Below the pieces are notes generated by a model that did not search any database, was not told the origin of the DNA, and was given only the letters and a program-made list of their open reading frames with translations. From Lophium mytilinum (taxonomy: Eukaryota): DNA of 64,000 bases. The translations under genes and the position numbers were made by a program. The stretch is taken from positions 1,645,032 through 1,709,031 of the forward strand of contig MU004182.1 of NCBI GenBank assembly GCA_010093605.1. Reading direction: 5' to 3'. Shown piece after piece: positions 1 to 15,984 of this stretch (within the stretch, counting starts at the first letter, position 1; each line of letters starts with the position of its first letter).

Positions 1-137
1 CTACCTTAATCAATTGCCTGCATGGAGAGAAAATGGGGCTACGAGGAGGCTTGTTCTTTAAAGTCTAGAGCATCCACAGCTAGCACCTAGGTAATAGTGA
101 TACCTCTAAAATCTCCATTTCTGTTGCTTTTCTCGTC

Positions 138-2342
138 CTACAGTCGAGAGGGCTTCGATTTTCTCGCTGTATTGATCTGGCAACCGATTCATCAGTGGGT
201 GTTCTCTATCAAAAGTTGATTTCAGAGTCTGCCATACCTTCAAATACTTGGCCACATTTGCGCTGCTGTGCTTTGAACCGTCTACTTGATTTTCTGGGTG
301 GTCCGCTCGCCCATCATCAAAGTTCACTATCGTCGAAAACTCCTAGAACGCGTTAGCAAACCCTCATCGGCAGGCAGACGAGATGAGTATGGCCAACACA
401 CTTTCAGCACATCCTCGGGCGTCAAGGGCTTGTCAAGGGGAAAAGCAGCGCCACCAGCCCGCTGCCACCTCGTCTTTGCGATCCATCCAACGCCAGCCTC
501 GTACAACCCTCCGGTCGGATTCGATAGCTTATCACTGCATAAAGCCACTACCAGTGGAGCAATGTAATCAGGCTTCAATGCCTGTACCACGTCTTCCGGC
601 ATTATCGTCCGTGTCATGGCGGTTCCGGCTGTCGGAGCTACTGTGTTGATGTAGATGTTGTACTTCGCACCTTCTAGGGCTAAAGAGCGACCAAATCCGA
701 GAGTCCCAGCTTTCTAAATAGATGAGTACTGTGAGTTTTCGCACTCTTGATGCTTTTTTAAGGAAAATGGATTCACTTACTGCTGCAGCATAGTTGGATT
801 GGCCGAAATTGCCATATATTCCCGTAGTGGACGTGATGTTGACAATGCGTCCGTATTTTTGCTTCAGCATGTAGGGCCAGGCCGCCTTCGTGACTCTGTA
901 GGTACCTCCAAGATGAACCGCCAAGACCGACTCCCACGTCTCGTCTGTCATATTTGAGAACGCCTTGTCGCCCAGAATGCCCGCGTTGTTTACGATGATA
1001 TCAATCCGGCCATAGGCTTCGATGACAGCTTTTACGATTTCTTCTCCCTTCTCCACCGACAGCGTCACTCCAATGGCCTCTCCGCCTGCCTTTTTGATCT
1101 CTTCAACTACGCTCGCGGTGCTCGCAACATCATTGACAGCGACCTTGGTCCCTAGCGCTGCAAACTCAATGCAATACGCTTTCCCTAACCCTGCCGCACC
1201 GCCCGTGACCAGCACCACCTTCCCCCGGAAGTCCAGCGTTTTGTCTCCGTCACCCCTCGGTGCTTTCTTAGCCTCTTCAAGCTTAGCTATCATATCCGCA
1301 GACCCACTCGGATGCTCTGGCTTCTCTTTCTCAAAGTCCCCAATCTCTTCCCACATTCTCACTACCGCTCCAGCAGTGAAGCTATCATCAGGCCGAAACA
1401 ATGCGCCCTTCGACCGCTCCCACCGGATCTTAGAGAAAGTGCCGGCTGCCGCCTCAAAGATAGAGCCGGTCTCCGTGTTCGAGGAGTGAACCAGGACCGC
1501 GACAAGCGGTACCACATACACCGGCGACATGGCCGCTAGCACCTCCGGCGTCATGACGGTTGCCGTGAGGCGGGAGCCAGCACCGGGGGCAAGAACATTA
1601 GCCTGGATGTTATACTTCTTCCCTTCAAGCGCCACCGTCTCCGTGAATCCGACCAGCGCGAATTTAGCAGCTATCACGACTCAGGGTCAGCCTCAGATTC
1701 CCCTAAAATTAATCATCGTGAACTCAATTCCCAACATCCCCGCCCACTTTCAATGGAAGGAAGTAGATTCCTCACCTGCATAATTCGTCTGACCGAAGTT
1801 CCCAAAGAGTCCACTCGCACTACTCGTATTAATCACGCGCCCGTACTTCTGCTTCCTGAAATACGGCCACGCCGCCCGCGTACACTTATACGCCCCTTTC
1901 ACGTGCACCTCCATAATCAGGTCCCAGTCCCTCTGCGCCATATTCCTGAAACTGACATCACGCAAGATACCCGCGTTATTGATCAGCACGTCGATGCGGC
2001 CGAAATTTTTGATAGCGGTCTCGATAATGAGGTCGCCGGAGGTCACAGAGTGGTGGTCTGCGACTGCGACGCCGCCGGCGGAGCGGATTTCGGAGACGAC
2101 GGCGTCGGCGGGCTGTGTGAATGGAGAGGTAAGTACGGGTTTTGTTTATGGATATAGTTTTTGGGCGGTTTGGGGAGATAAAATACTTTCGTGTCATTTC
2201 CCTCGCCTTTTCCTGACCCTCCGAGGTCGTTGACGACGACTTTCGCGCCGCGGGAGGCGAAGAAGAGGGCGTATGCGCGGCCGAGACCAGCTCCGGCGCC
2301 GGTGATTACGACGACTTGGTTGTCGTATCGGAGTTCAGACAT
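138..2342 (-). CDS. Fox2/MFE-2-like peroxisomal protein with two SDR (3-hydroxyacyl-CoA dehydrogenase) domains, lacking the C-terminal hydratase-2 domain; multi-exon; ends in PTS1 SRL
   Basis: [33 protein letters not shown] and GNFGQTNY motifs, then a second SDR ([30 protein letters not shown]). The last intron 237-177 (GTATGG...CTGAT...CCAG) gives ...[19 protein letters not shown]. Confidence 0.88.
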
Positions 2343-2888
2343 TTTGACGTTGGATCTGGATGCAAGGAGCTTGTGGGGGTGCTAGGCGTGAGAGCTCCTT
2401 TGGATGCATGACATACTGCGATCTGGAGTTGCAACAAAACAATCGAGAGAACATCCAGGACAGAGGAAAACCTTTACTAAGATACTGCCTCGGTATTCTT
2501 ACATTCGTTAGGCTATGGACGAATGCAGGGGTTCATCGTAGATTGCGGGGTGCCGATTGCGGGGAAATTCCTGACTCGCTGATGCGAGTTCATACCTGCA
2601 TTAACTCGGCAAGGTACCGCGCCAGTCATATCATATGTCTTGAGCAGATCTTGAAGTATGATTCTGGCGACGTGAAATTGCCGAAGAAGTCTTGGCGACA
2701 TGGGGTGTATACAGGTACTGGATAGAACGCTCCGCTTTCAATAGTGTAATAAGTAGAAGTAGTGTACACGTTAGTGAATAGTGTGACCGGAAGCAGTGAA
2801 TGACCAAAGGCTAGGAGCAGTTACTGTGTAGTGCAAAGCATGGGTACGAGATAGTTTGAATGGTGTTTCCATTCGGACATCGCGAAAC

Positions 2889-4841
<1,953 letters not shown>

Positions 4842-5451
4842 CTAGTCGCAACGAATGAAACGCGTCTTGTCACGAAAAGTACAGACAGAGAGACGGATTG
4901 GATGGAATGAGCAATTAGAGAGATGTTGGATAATAGGGTAGATCAAGTAGCCGCTATTGAGCACGGTATGAAAACTGTACCATAGCCCCACGGTGGAAGA
5001 AGTAATCTCGGCGCACGCGACCTGGCGGACTCGCTGTCGCGCTAACGCGCTGAAATGCGTGATATGGGGCATTCCTTGGCGGTGGAGGAGACTTCAATTC
5101 GGCGAGACTTTTCAAGTCCGATGGAGATAGGCGTTGAAGGTAGGATAAGATGACGTGCGATGGAGGGGTGATGGTGTTGGTGGGGTAGCTCTAGTAGAGG
5201 AACAGGGGAGAATAACACTATACCCAGCTGAGCCGTCTTGTTTCGCGTAGAGAGAGCTACTAACGCTGCTTTGAGCATAGTATCAAAAGATATTCAGGGC
5301 CGAGATAAGATATGAGCACGCCTTCGGACGTGTGAATTGCGCAGACCACGATATCCATTCTTTTCAGTAGAGTAGTGCTGACCTAGCTTCCTCTACTCTC
5401 GAGCTACAGATGAGCTTTGACTAGATGACTTCTCCGCTCGCAAACCACCGT

Positions 5452-7223
5452 TCATAGTCGATACCGGAACTTCTCGGTCACAGGCGCTCCATGCGCGACC
5501 TCTTCCGCCACCTCGCCCGTGACGCGACCAGTGGCCAAGCCTTTGTCGATCCTCCGGTTCAGGAACCAGTATTGGATGTTGCAGACTATCGCCATCAGAA
5601 CACCAAAGCAAATGATACCAGCAATCGCAGCCCATCCCGTATGATACAAGGGCGCGTCAGATGACTGGAAGAGCTGCGAGCCAATGATGCCGCCTGCGTT
5701 GGCCGACATGATCATCATCGCCATACGGATACTGCGCTCGCCAGGTGTTTTCGCATTCAGTGCGACCCAGGACGCGTTGCAAGGGTGCCAAACGTTGCTG
5801 AAGCCAATTCCTAGGAGCAGTGTGGCGAGCCTTGCCTTCTTCTGCTTGGGATGGTAGGATCCGATGACACTGCCAATCTATCGCTTTCATTAGTACCTCT
5901 ATTGCCGAGAAAAGTGTGAGCATATTGACGTACCGCAAATGCAGCCCATGGAACGATGCCGGCAAACACCAATGGCCCTCGCCTGTGGAACCTATCTGCC
6001 ATTACTCCCCAAAGGACCGCCAAAACTGTCAAAATCCACATTCCGATGCTCGTAATAGCATTCGACTTTAGCCGAGCATATCCAAAACTGTTCACGAGTG
6101 TCGGCGCATACGAGGTCATTGTATTGCTTGGCGCCAATCCCGCGATGGTCATCAGTACATGGGGATACATCTTCCAGTCTCCAAGGGTACCAAGTAGCTC
6201 TGCGCGGGTGACGTTCTTGGACTTCTTCTCCTTCGTAGGATCATCGAGGAAGACACGCCGGCGGATGATGTCCTTCTCGCGCTCGTTGAAGTATTGAATC
6301 CTGGTAAATGGTACTGGATCGAACGGGTTCTTGGGTAAGAATGCCATGAGGATGAATGAGACTGTGATTGTGAAGAGTCCCTCGATAATGAAGAGCCACT
6401 GCCAGCCTGCCAGGTTGCAGACTCCGCGCATATGTAAGACTCCATACGCGATCAGCCCGGAGGTAGCCTGTGCCGCGAAGTTGCCAATGAAGAAAGCACC
6501 AAAGCGCGCGCTAGTTTCGTCACGCTTATACCACGTTGTGATCGTGTAGAGAGACGCGGGGATGAACCCGGATTCACAGAACCCTAGCAGGAGGCGAGTG
6601 ACCAGGAACGCGCCGAGTCCCTTCTGGAATGCTTGAAACGTTGCTACGAGGCCCCTAGGGCTGGGTCAGCTGCGGCTACAAGAGAAGAAATTACTTCGTC
6701 TTACCAGCAAAATATCTGGCCAGTGATCCAAGCTCGCGGTCCAACCCGGTATAGGATGATATTGCTAGGTATCTACCTTCCCTCAGTATACATCATTGAA
6801 TTTCAAACAGCGGGGGATTGGTGGATTTACCTCCAGTAAAACTATACCAACCGACAGCAGTTGCTGTCCTACATTGAATTGGTTTTGCGTTATGCCCACG
6901 TCTTTGAGAAAGTGGTCCGTGAGCGCGTTTCCACTTGAAGACGATTAGACTCGTATGATTGACAGAGAGGAGGGCACTTACATGTTCCCGCGGTCGAATT
7001 GAAGCGCGAAGAAGCCAAGAACAAGAAGGGGCATGAGGATCGAGTCAATCTTTCGGACAAGCTTCTTCTCCTCTGCTTCGCTCCAGTCAACTGCAGCGCC
7101 CTCATGGTACCCTAGATCAGAGCTTGAGCCTTGCGAAGTGTATGCCTTCGCGTCATGCTCCGCGTGCTCCTTGGAGACGGTACCATATCCCTCGTTGGGT
7201 ATGGGACCGAGATCGCTTGCCAT
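5452..7223 (-). CDS. MFS transporter, anion:cation symporter (DAL5/allantoate permease-like) family, multi-exon
   Basis: EEKKLVRKIDSILMP...LQFDRGN N-terminus, LAGWQWLFIIEG signature, multiple TM segments, C-terminal KFRYRL. Confidence 0.9.
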
Positions 7224-8425
7224 ATCAGAAATTGGGTTTGAAATGAAGCCTGAAAAGTTTCCTGGAGTGTAGGCGGGAGGAGCTCCAAAAGACGCGGAAA
7301 TCAAGCCTTCAAGTAGGTCGTACCGCGAACCCCGGCGGTGGATCTGTTCCGGCATTCTGGCGCATGGAAAAGTCGACGATGTACCGCCGAGGGTCATTGC
7401 GGACTAGCCGCGTCCTCCTAACGCGGTAAAACACGCGGTCAGACAGGATACTCCCCACGGGTGGACTAAAATTTGCGTAGCGTGGAGTGATAGTTGGTCC
7501 AGTAGAGTAATCGCCCAAGTAATGGATGCATGGTAAAGCCCGCTTGTTGATGCAGGTCAAACTTTGACGTTGTGATGTGGAACGGTGCTCCCTTCCGCTT
7601 GCTATCGATGCCTGCAACCTTCCCGCGTCGGAAGGGATCACCAGTTGATGCGTGAGTAACATGAAATGAAACATGCAAATCCAACCTTTTCATCAGTACT
7701 TAACTTAGATTGTTCAAACGTAAAGTTAAGGTGTTGAAGCCATGAAAGAGCAACTGAAGTCGGGCCACCCGTCTCGCGTTGCGACCTGCATTGTTACATC
7801 CGGAGGCGTCAGGATCATGTGCCGTGATCTTATCTTCGCCCAAGCCTTCAACGTTGGGCGGCTTGGGCCGATGCTTTGCACAGAGCCCTCCAATAAAGAG
7901 GAGGCGTGGCAGCGGATAAAGGCCGGAGTGGGCGATGGAATGTTTCGCGAAGAGAGATGTTTGTTGTCGTGAATGATCCCAGCCATCACGCAATGGTTGG
8001 ATCAAGCTCGGCCTACTTACATAAGCGAGCATTCACCCAATCGTAGCGCTTTGCCCGAGTCAGTCTCCATGCTCCGCAAACGACGTCACGACATAACTTC
8101 GTCAAAATCCACGTGATCAGTAATATGTACAAAGGTACGTTCTTACAAGTGTTTCCTAGAAAGCCTGGGTTGCATTCTCATCACACATTCAAACTCAAGA
8201 CCTCATATACCACCCAAGCAATACCACGTTTCGTTAACGTACCTGAGGCCGCCTGTCCCCGTAATTATGGGGGTGCGAAGCGAGCCTAAAGAAAAGTCCG
8301 TGAGCGCACTTCCAGCCCATCGATGGCCACATGTCTTGATACTGCGAGTATATAGTTGTAGGGATCGAAGGGGAGCTCTGAAGTACATCTATGTTATACT
8401 CACATATCTATCTCAATCCCATACT

Positions 8426-9760
8426 CTACTGCAGCATAAACTCAGGTGACTTCAAATCTACCCACCCCAGATTCGGCTCCGACTGCGTCCACCCAAGTCT
8501 ATCCTGCACCACCTTCGAGTACTCTTTCACCTCCTCAACAGGGTATGAGAGGAACGAGATTTCCTGGTGGCAGATACGCATTAGCATGGCCTCGACTCCC
8601 TGCTCCGAAACATAGCTATGAAACTCACCTCCTGTCGCATGTTCCCCGCACAACAGAACATAATATGCATCATCCGACTGCCCTCTTCCAACATAAACTG
8701 CCCGCCGCCATGATACAGGCTTCCTAGCATCAAAAACGCATCTCCCGCTTCCATCTCCACGTCTACAACGCCCTTGCTCCCGTCCCCGAAATCCGGCTTC
8801 GCGTCGCCCCACAAGTGACTCCCCGGCACGACGCGTGTTGCACCGTTTTCACGGCGCGTGGCGCAATCGGGGACAAAGAGGCCAAGAAGGACGTCGCGGT
8901 TCCTTTGGTAGTATGGGACTGCCGTGTGGCGCGCGTGGTGGTTCTTGTCGTCTCGATGGAGCTGCTGGGCGAGCGTGCCCGGTCGCATATCCACCGTAAT
9001 GGAGACGGAAAGGAGGGGGTGGCATGTTGTGGTGGTGGCGTTTGCGCCGTAGTAGCACGTGCTTTCTATTGCGAGGAAGTGTTCGACCATGTCCTGGAGA
9101 TGAAGTTCAGTTGCTATGTTTACGATGCCGATGTGTTAGAAGGGCTCATCATGAGCCTGTATATGCTAGTCTATAACAGCTTGAAGGTCTTCGGTACATC
9201 TTCTGAAATCGGTGACCTGCATGCGCGTCGGTTTTCAAAGGTCCTTGTCGTGGCGGCAGAGATAGTAAGATGAAAGATGAAGATGTTCAGGATGAGAGGG
9301 ATACATATTAAAACGCCAAACGCAGTCGCATCGGGTTTTACACAGACAGGCCCGTGATGAAGCATACTAAATATGGCGGAGAGATGTGGAAAACGGTAGA
9401 AAGTTGAATACCTGGTATAGCTCATCCGCAAGGAATTTTTCTCTGACAGTAGCACTTCGACCTATCAAACGCGTGCATGTTTTCGTACTCCCCTGCAGCG
9501 CTTGGTTACTCAGTTTTTGGTACACGTGCAAGGGTCATAGATGGTTTCCGATAAATCTTACCTCCCACGGAGCTAGCCGGTTCTTCGACATCCAGGTACG
9601 GCTGTACATCTTTTTTCGCTTCTGCTAAGGCTTCTTGAGTAGTAAAGTTCTGCACGATCACGCATCCGTTATTCTCGAGAGCCTCGATGAAGGCGGAGCG
9701 CGGGGAGTCGTAGGGGATGCGCCGGAGGACCGGGTCGCGCGGTTTGCGGCCTGAAGTCAT
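8426..9760 (-). CDS. Phytanoyl-CoA dioxygenase (PhyH) family Fe(II)/2-oxoglutarate dioxygenase
   Basis: ALENNGCVIVQNF N-terminus, QQLHRDD (HxD), NGATRVVPGSHLW, GSLYHGGG. Exons joined by canonical introns. Confidence 0.88.
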
Positions 9761-10912
9761 GATAATGAGAAAACGGCTCTTAGCACTAGGAAGAGAATGT
9801 AGTGACTGAGTGAATGCATGACTGCGACAGCAGTGCTGGCGTTTCCCTCCCCACCTTTGAGGTGGAGTAGAGAGGCAGTTGTACCCGTCGGATGTAAGAC
9901 CCAATTTCTGCAGTATCCAATATGTGCGTAGGTAGCGTATATCCAGTACCGATAGCTTTCCCTGGTACGGGTTCCTCGTCTCTTGGCCCATCCTCTTCTT
10001 CCTACCTATACGCAATTGACCACATACACATCTGTAATGGCCTCTAAGTCGAGATATCGCACTTTGAAGTCCGAAGCAACCTTCGTTTCATCATGCCCGA
10101 CGACATTCGGGGTAAAGCCCTCAAAAGGAGGGACCCGACCCATAGTTGAGAAAGAAATCGTTACCGTGGGTATGATGCCTCACTTCCGCACTCTGGCCTT
10201 TTCTTCTTTTCAGTTGAAAGTCAAGCAGAGATTTTCATCCGCCACACAGCTACTACTATTACCTTTTTACTCTAGCTCCTCTTCATACACCGTAACCGCT
10301 CGCCGACCGTTAGCCCCAGTATTGACCCGAATACATAACGATAGAAAATGAACCAGGAGACCAAAGCGGAGGCCGGATATCTCAGAACCGTCATATACAT
10401 ATATAGGAAATGGCTAGCAATGAAATTGCCACAGGATTTGAAGGTTGCACGCGATCAGTTAGCTCGTGAGCGTATCATATACCTCTTAGAGGAGAAGGAG
10501 AACCAACTGGCAGTGCTCGATGGGGAAGCGCCATAAACTGTATGGAACGGGGAGGGGAGTATGGGGAATGTATTGAAGACAAAAGTGTTGATGTGGTGGA
10601 AGAAAAAGCGCCAGTGAAAAGGCTGCAAGGCCCCTGAGCATGTACTCAAATTAGATGGCTATTCTATAGCGCCGTATCTCTCGAAACGAACGGAGTGCTA
10701 AACGGTAGTGTGTTTAACAAAAGAGGCCGACATGTTTAGAGCATCTTCTTTTTACTGGGATTCAGACTGCCGAGATCATGTAAAGCCGAAATGAGGAACT
10801 ACTTTACGATACCTACTGCGAAGATTTAGTCTAGTAGGCCGGCTTCAAACTTTTCGCCTTCATAATACAAACTTCCATCGTAATTTTACATATCGCTTCT
10901 CCCAGTACTTAA

Positions 10913-11916
10913 TCACAATCCGGCCCGCTCCTTCTGCGCAGCCAAATCCTCACCCTCCACGGAATCAATCCCTTCTTTCACAGCCTTTTCGACCGCCGCA
11001 TCAACAGAATCATCGCCATCCAGAACATCAAGCCACCCCTTCGCTCCAGGGGTGTCCAAAACCTTCGCCACGACCTCCGCTACTGACGCTCGGCTCGTGG
11101 TGCCTCTAGACGGCACCTTTCCAATAGTAACACCTCCAGCAGGCTTATCCGTAAGGTTACCCGGGCGAAGAGAGATCCCGTGAAACCGCTTTGCTTCCTC
11201 AACGCCTTTCTTTGCCTCGTCGTCGTACCGAAGCTTCGCGCCGGCAGTCAAGACTTCATCAGCGGCAACCTTCGCTTGGAAGTACGTAGCTAAGACATTG
11301 TTGTTGACATTTTGAGCTGATTCCCAGTCGGCATCGCTCCACCAGGAGGGCCGATTGCGGCGGGAAGCAATATAGGATACGGTTAGGAACTTTGTGATGT
11401 GGGGATTTGCAATGCTAGCGCGAGTGAAAGCGATGGCGGCGTCGCGGTCGACAGCAAGGGTACGAGAGGGACCTCCGCGGCCTCCAGCGCCTATATCGTG
11501 TTAGAAATATAAATTTAGGGAGCGTTTTCAAGGAATCTGTCTCGACAGAAGCTCTGGATTAGGAGGGAGTTGGAATTTATCACGTGATGGCATTGAAACA
11601 GCACCCAACGTATAGGTAGAATCATGTCATAAAGAGAACGAATGCACTCACCAGCGCTCCAGACAACCCAATCAACCTGCTCACTCTTGCCGGCTTTCTC
11701 GATAACCCCCTTCGCATCCGCCTCGCTCTTCACCTCCTCTATGCTGTCCACTAGCACGCTCAGCTTCCCGGGCTTCCCGGCTCCTAGCTTTTCAATCGCA
11801 GATACCTGTTCTTGGGCCCGGATGAGCGAGGTAACGGACCAAGACTTCGCAAGTAGAAGCGGCGTGAGCAGCTGCGCGATCTTTCCGTGGCCACCGATGA
11901 GTAGAATGTGAGGCAT
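10913..11916 (-). CDS. NAD(P)-binding Rossmann-fold protein (atypical SDR, NAD_binding_10-like), one intron
   Basis: HILLIGGHGKIA glycine-rich motif, VVWSAG|AGG across the intron, LRPGNLTD, SRASVA. Confidence 0.88.
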
Positions 11917-12749
11917 TTTGGAAGGTTGTGACGTTATAGTTGGGGTATAATGTCAAAGAATTTGGGGAATATGATCACTAACAACGAGCACTTATAGGTA
12001 CCGCGGGGCTTTATGTAAGAGACTGAGTAACAGGGCGTGATATTGGTAATATGAAACGTCTTCGCCATGACGCCATACCTAGGTATGTATCTCCTCTTTC
12101 ACGCCACAATGCGGCGGGCCGAACCGAGAGATGTGGCGTCGAGACGCTTCATCACCTCCTTTCATGCTCTATGGAGCCTTATATTGTGTGGTTGAGAAAC
12201 GATTTAGGGCTAGGGATACCCCAGATTAATATGCCGGTTGTCAAAATGCTCAGAATGGGCGTTTGAATTAGAGGGTTCATGAAAAGATCTAGGCACCTGA
12301 TTCGCGCACTACAGATTTGTACATTTTGTAATATTATACAGCGAGTATAAATAGATACACCTTGAACCTTTCTAAACACCATCGGAATTCTCATCGCGCA
12401 CTTGAAACTGAGTACTCAGATGTCAAGTCCGAAAACTCGATTTTCATTTTCAAGAACGTTACAATGGCATCGTTCACGAAGCGTGTACGGCCAGGGGTGC
12501 CTCAAGATGCTAGGATCATTCTCAAAACACACCATATTTGCTCTTTCCGGTGATAGGTCACCCGTCAAAACACAAAAAGAAGGGCATGAGGAAGAGTGGT
12601 AAGGATGGTCCCGGATCTTACTTCAAAAGAGGCAATATAGGCACATAAGGCGTGAGAAACAACGTCCAATCTATTCAATCTCTGAGTTACCTCGAGAGAT
12701 CGTTGTTCAGTGTGAACTCTTCTCTATTTTCATCGAAAGACCCCACCTT

Positions 12750-14530
12750 TCAAAGCTCTTCTTTCATGTCTCCAACCTCCATCGTATCCAAATTCTTCGC
12801 GCTAGTGACACTTGACCTCCGTAATCCAGTTTCCGGATCCACCACACTGTTGCCTCTCCTTGCCGTATTGACCAAACCTGGGTTTTGTTCCTTCAGTAGT
12901 GCGAAATTTTTCTCCGCATCCCAAACCCACGGCGTATCAGCAGCGAAAAGTAGGTCCATCTCTTCGAGGGTACGCTGGTTGCTCTCGGGATACAAAGCCC
13001 AGACCATTGGCAGAGCGAGGATGTTACTCGCACCGAAGATATACAGAGTCTTTTCTCCAATAGCGTTGAACATGACTGGGCATAAGAGAGTCAACCAGCC
13101 GTTGCCGATACTCCATCCGACCACGCCCCAGGCGTTGCCCTTTGCGCGCACCTCCAAGGGGAAGATCTCAGCGGGGTATAGCCACGGAACAGTAAGCCAA
13201 GTTGCACCGAACACGGAAGTGAAAATGAAGACGAAGCTGGCCGCCGCAGCACCGTAGCTATTTGCACTGTCGATATTGCCAGCAGCGCGGGCATCGATGC
13301 CGAGGCGACTCATGCCGCCTGCTAGGAACATGGCAATCCCCTGACCGATAGCGCCCCAGTATAGAGTCCAGCGCCGACCTATACGGTCTAGCGTAAACAC
13401 GCAGATCAGAGTGGCAAACATGTAGAAGATGTTGTTCAGTCCGGATATCCACTGCGATTTATTCGAATCGAACCCGGCGATACGGAAAATCGTGGGAGCG
13501 TATACTGTGACTCCGGCAATGCCCACCCACTCTTGTATGATCTGAAGCCAAATAACAAGCTGCACTCGGCGACCCGTGTGGAGTTTGCCTGATCCGATGC
13601 CAAAAAGCATAGCATAGTAGGAACTCCGGTTTGCTGTCTTTTTCTCAAGCTCGGCAACCGCCTTGATATCCTGAAACTCGGCCTCAGCTTTGCCTTCGTC
13701 ATCTCCGGTCTTTCCTCGGAGTCTTTCAAGTATGTAGCGAGCTTCATCATCCCGGCCGACCTTGACCAACCATCTTGGACTCTCAGGGAAGTACCAAACC
13801 GCGCCCAGGAGGAAAAGTAGTGGGATTATCTGGAAAGCAATTGGAAATCTCCAACGGATAGCTGAGCGGCCACCATCAACGTAGGACAGACCACTGTTTC
13901 AATGTCAGCTTTAGTCTAGATCAAACGTGAAATTGCCTACAATTCTAGCCAGTATGCTACTACCACTCCGAAGATGTTGAGAGTAAACTCAATAGCGACG
14001 AATTTGCCGCGAGAGGTATGCTCGGCAGTTTCAGTCGCCCAAACAGGGACAATAGCGTTCAAAATACCTGTACCAATGCCATTCAATGCACGCGCTACAC
14101 TCAATCAGTATTTAGCATCGACTTTCGTAGGTAAATTCGTACCGCAAATCATCCAGTTGGCATTCTGAGCCGAGCATTGCAACGACGCTCCAAGAATAGC
14201 CCAAGCAGCACCCAATGCGATTGTCTTGATCCTTCCGACCTTGTCGCCAACCCAGCCACCCAATAAACATCCGAAGAGGGTGCCCAGATAATACACAGAC
14301 ACGATTCCGCCCTGCAGGAGGCTGTCCGTGACAACAGGGTCTTTAGTAACAGGATCGATATATCCGAATCCCATGAGTTTGATGTAGTCCTCGGCGTTGT
14401 TCACGCCGCCCATCATTCCCTGATCATATCCGAAGAAGAAGATGGACAGTGCGGCGATGCAATTGACAGCGATGAGTAGCTGTTTCTTCTCGAGAACGTC
14501 CGCGACGTTCCATCGTTTTCCTCGGGCCAT
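12750..14530 (-). CDS. MFS sugar porter (STL1-like family)
   Basis: FFFGYDQGMMGG, GDKVGRIK, PESPRWL, DRIGRR, WLYPAEIFPLEVRAKG signatures; 2 introns. Confidence 0.94.
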
Positions 14531-15984
14531 GTTGTTTGAGTCTTGGAAGCAGAGAAGATATAAAAGAACCTGAAATTTGACGCAGAATGTTCCCCATGAA
14601 GCTGGGGTGCGGGGTTTTATAGGCCCACCCAGTTCATGAAGTCACCCATGGTTAGGCTACGACACGGGACTTCTGGCTCCACACAAGCTAGTACACCGAG
14701 TCATCAACACCCTCAAGTGTTGACAAGTCGACCAACTATTCTCACGATGTCGCTCGAGCAGTCTTCACGGGAAGACCGCATCGAGTCATCGTCAGCCAGC
14801 GGGATGCCTAATCGGGAGTAGTTATCTGATCCCTGACACGCGCCGCATGGTAATTTTTCCGCGAAGCATGCGAAGCTGTGCAGGAAGGGCCGTCTGCCGG
14901 TGCAACCCGAGAATGGAGGCGATGTTTATGACGTGAGTGGTGTCTTGAAGCGAAAGTGGAGAAAACTCGGGGAGGCCCCGTGGGAAAGGCATGCTGGATG
15001 AAGCGTGGTTCGGTGGGGTTTCTCCGTATCTTCAAGGCAGATCCTGGGACTTGGCTAGGTTCGCATTGAGCAGGAACAGCCTACGACCTCCAATGGCCTG
15101 ATGATGGACTCTCTTTAGCGTGATGGAGAGGCTGAAGGGTGCAGGTGTAGTCGGGGGAGAGATCGGCTGGATCGTACGTAGTCGTGGTAGTGCGAAGATA
15201 GAGAAAGTTTCGGGGGAATATCTACCGAATGCCGAGCATTTTGTGGGAGCTCACGCCCCCTTCCGCTTCTCCGTGACTTCTTCACCTTTCATCCAAACTT
15301 AAACGGCTTACAAATTCGAATCCTGCATCATGAGACGAATGCAAAACATGAATTCAGTAAATGCATTCACTTCGCCTCTTCCTACCGCTGTCGTCAAATC
15401 GTCACGTGCGCTATCGCTCTCCACCTCGAGCTGTGTAGAAAGAACATATTAGGAGAGTTGAAAGAAGCCCGTGTCTTGGCTCCGTATATGTATTGCTTTT
15501 ATTTGGTCAAGAGGGACTTATGTAATCTTCTCTGCGTCACGTGATCATGCTATGCAAGCAAGTAACAATCAAAGAATAAAGGGATCATCAAGTTGTCATA
15601 CTCACGGAACTGTACTACCAATTGAAATGCATCAAAGAGCTTCTCATATATGTGACTGAACCTAAGTCAGCCATATTGGGTTTCTGAAACAGGTAGATCT
15701 AGTAGTCACGTAAAGCATTGATTGCCTCATGAACCTAAGGCGCGGGTGGAACACCCGCTCCGTTGTATATTGTCTTACCCAGTATTTGAGAGGGTTTGCC
15801 CGGTCCGTGAACACTCTGGGCACATGCAATGTAGATCTGGGGTAATAAGAGTAGGGATATATGATGAACGAATATAAACGACACAACCACAACTTTACGG
15901 GAACTCGCTTCCTACAAGCCCTCGAACACCAAGTTTTTATTAAAGCGCTAAGCGTCGTCAACATGTACTCTCCTAACCGCCAAA

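Noticed and set aside
106..327. ORF-track C-terminus ...KQQKWRF for the Fox2-like gene
   Set aside because: It reads through a canonical intron; the spliced form ending SRL at 138 is better supported.
9094..9413. C/D snoRNA inside the unusually long PhyH intron (ATGATGA...CTGA on - strand)
   Set aside because: The boxes are only ~45 nt apart and abut the 3' splice region; the C box is part of a short palindrome.
12067..12076. Perfect CYS3-type site ATGACGCCAT
   Set aside because: A single occurrence upstream of the NAD(P)-binding gene rather than the sulfatase or transporter; cannot be separated from chance.
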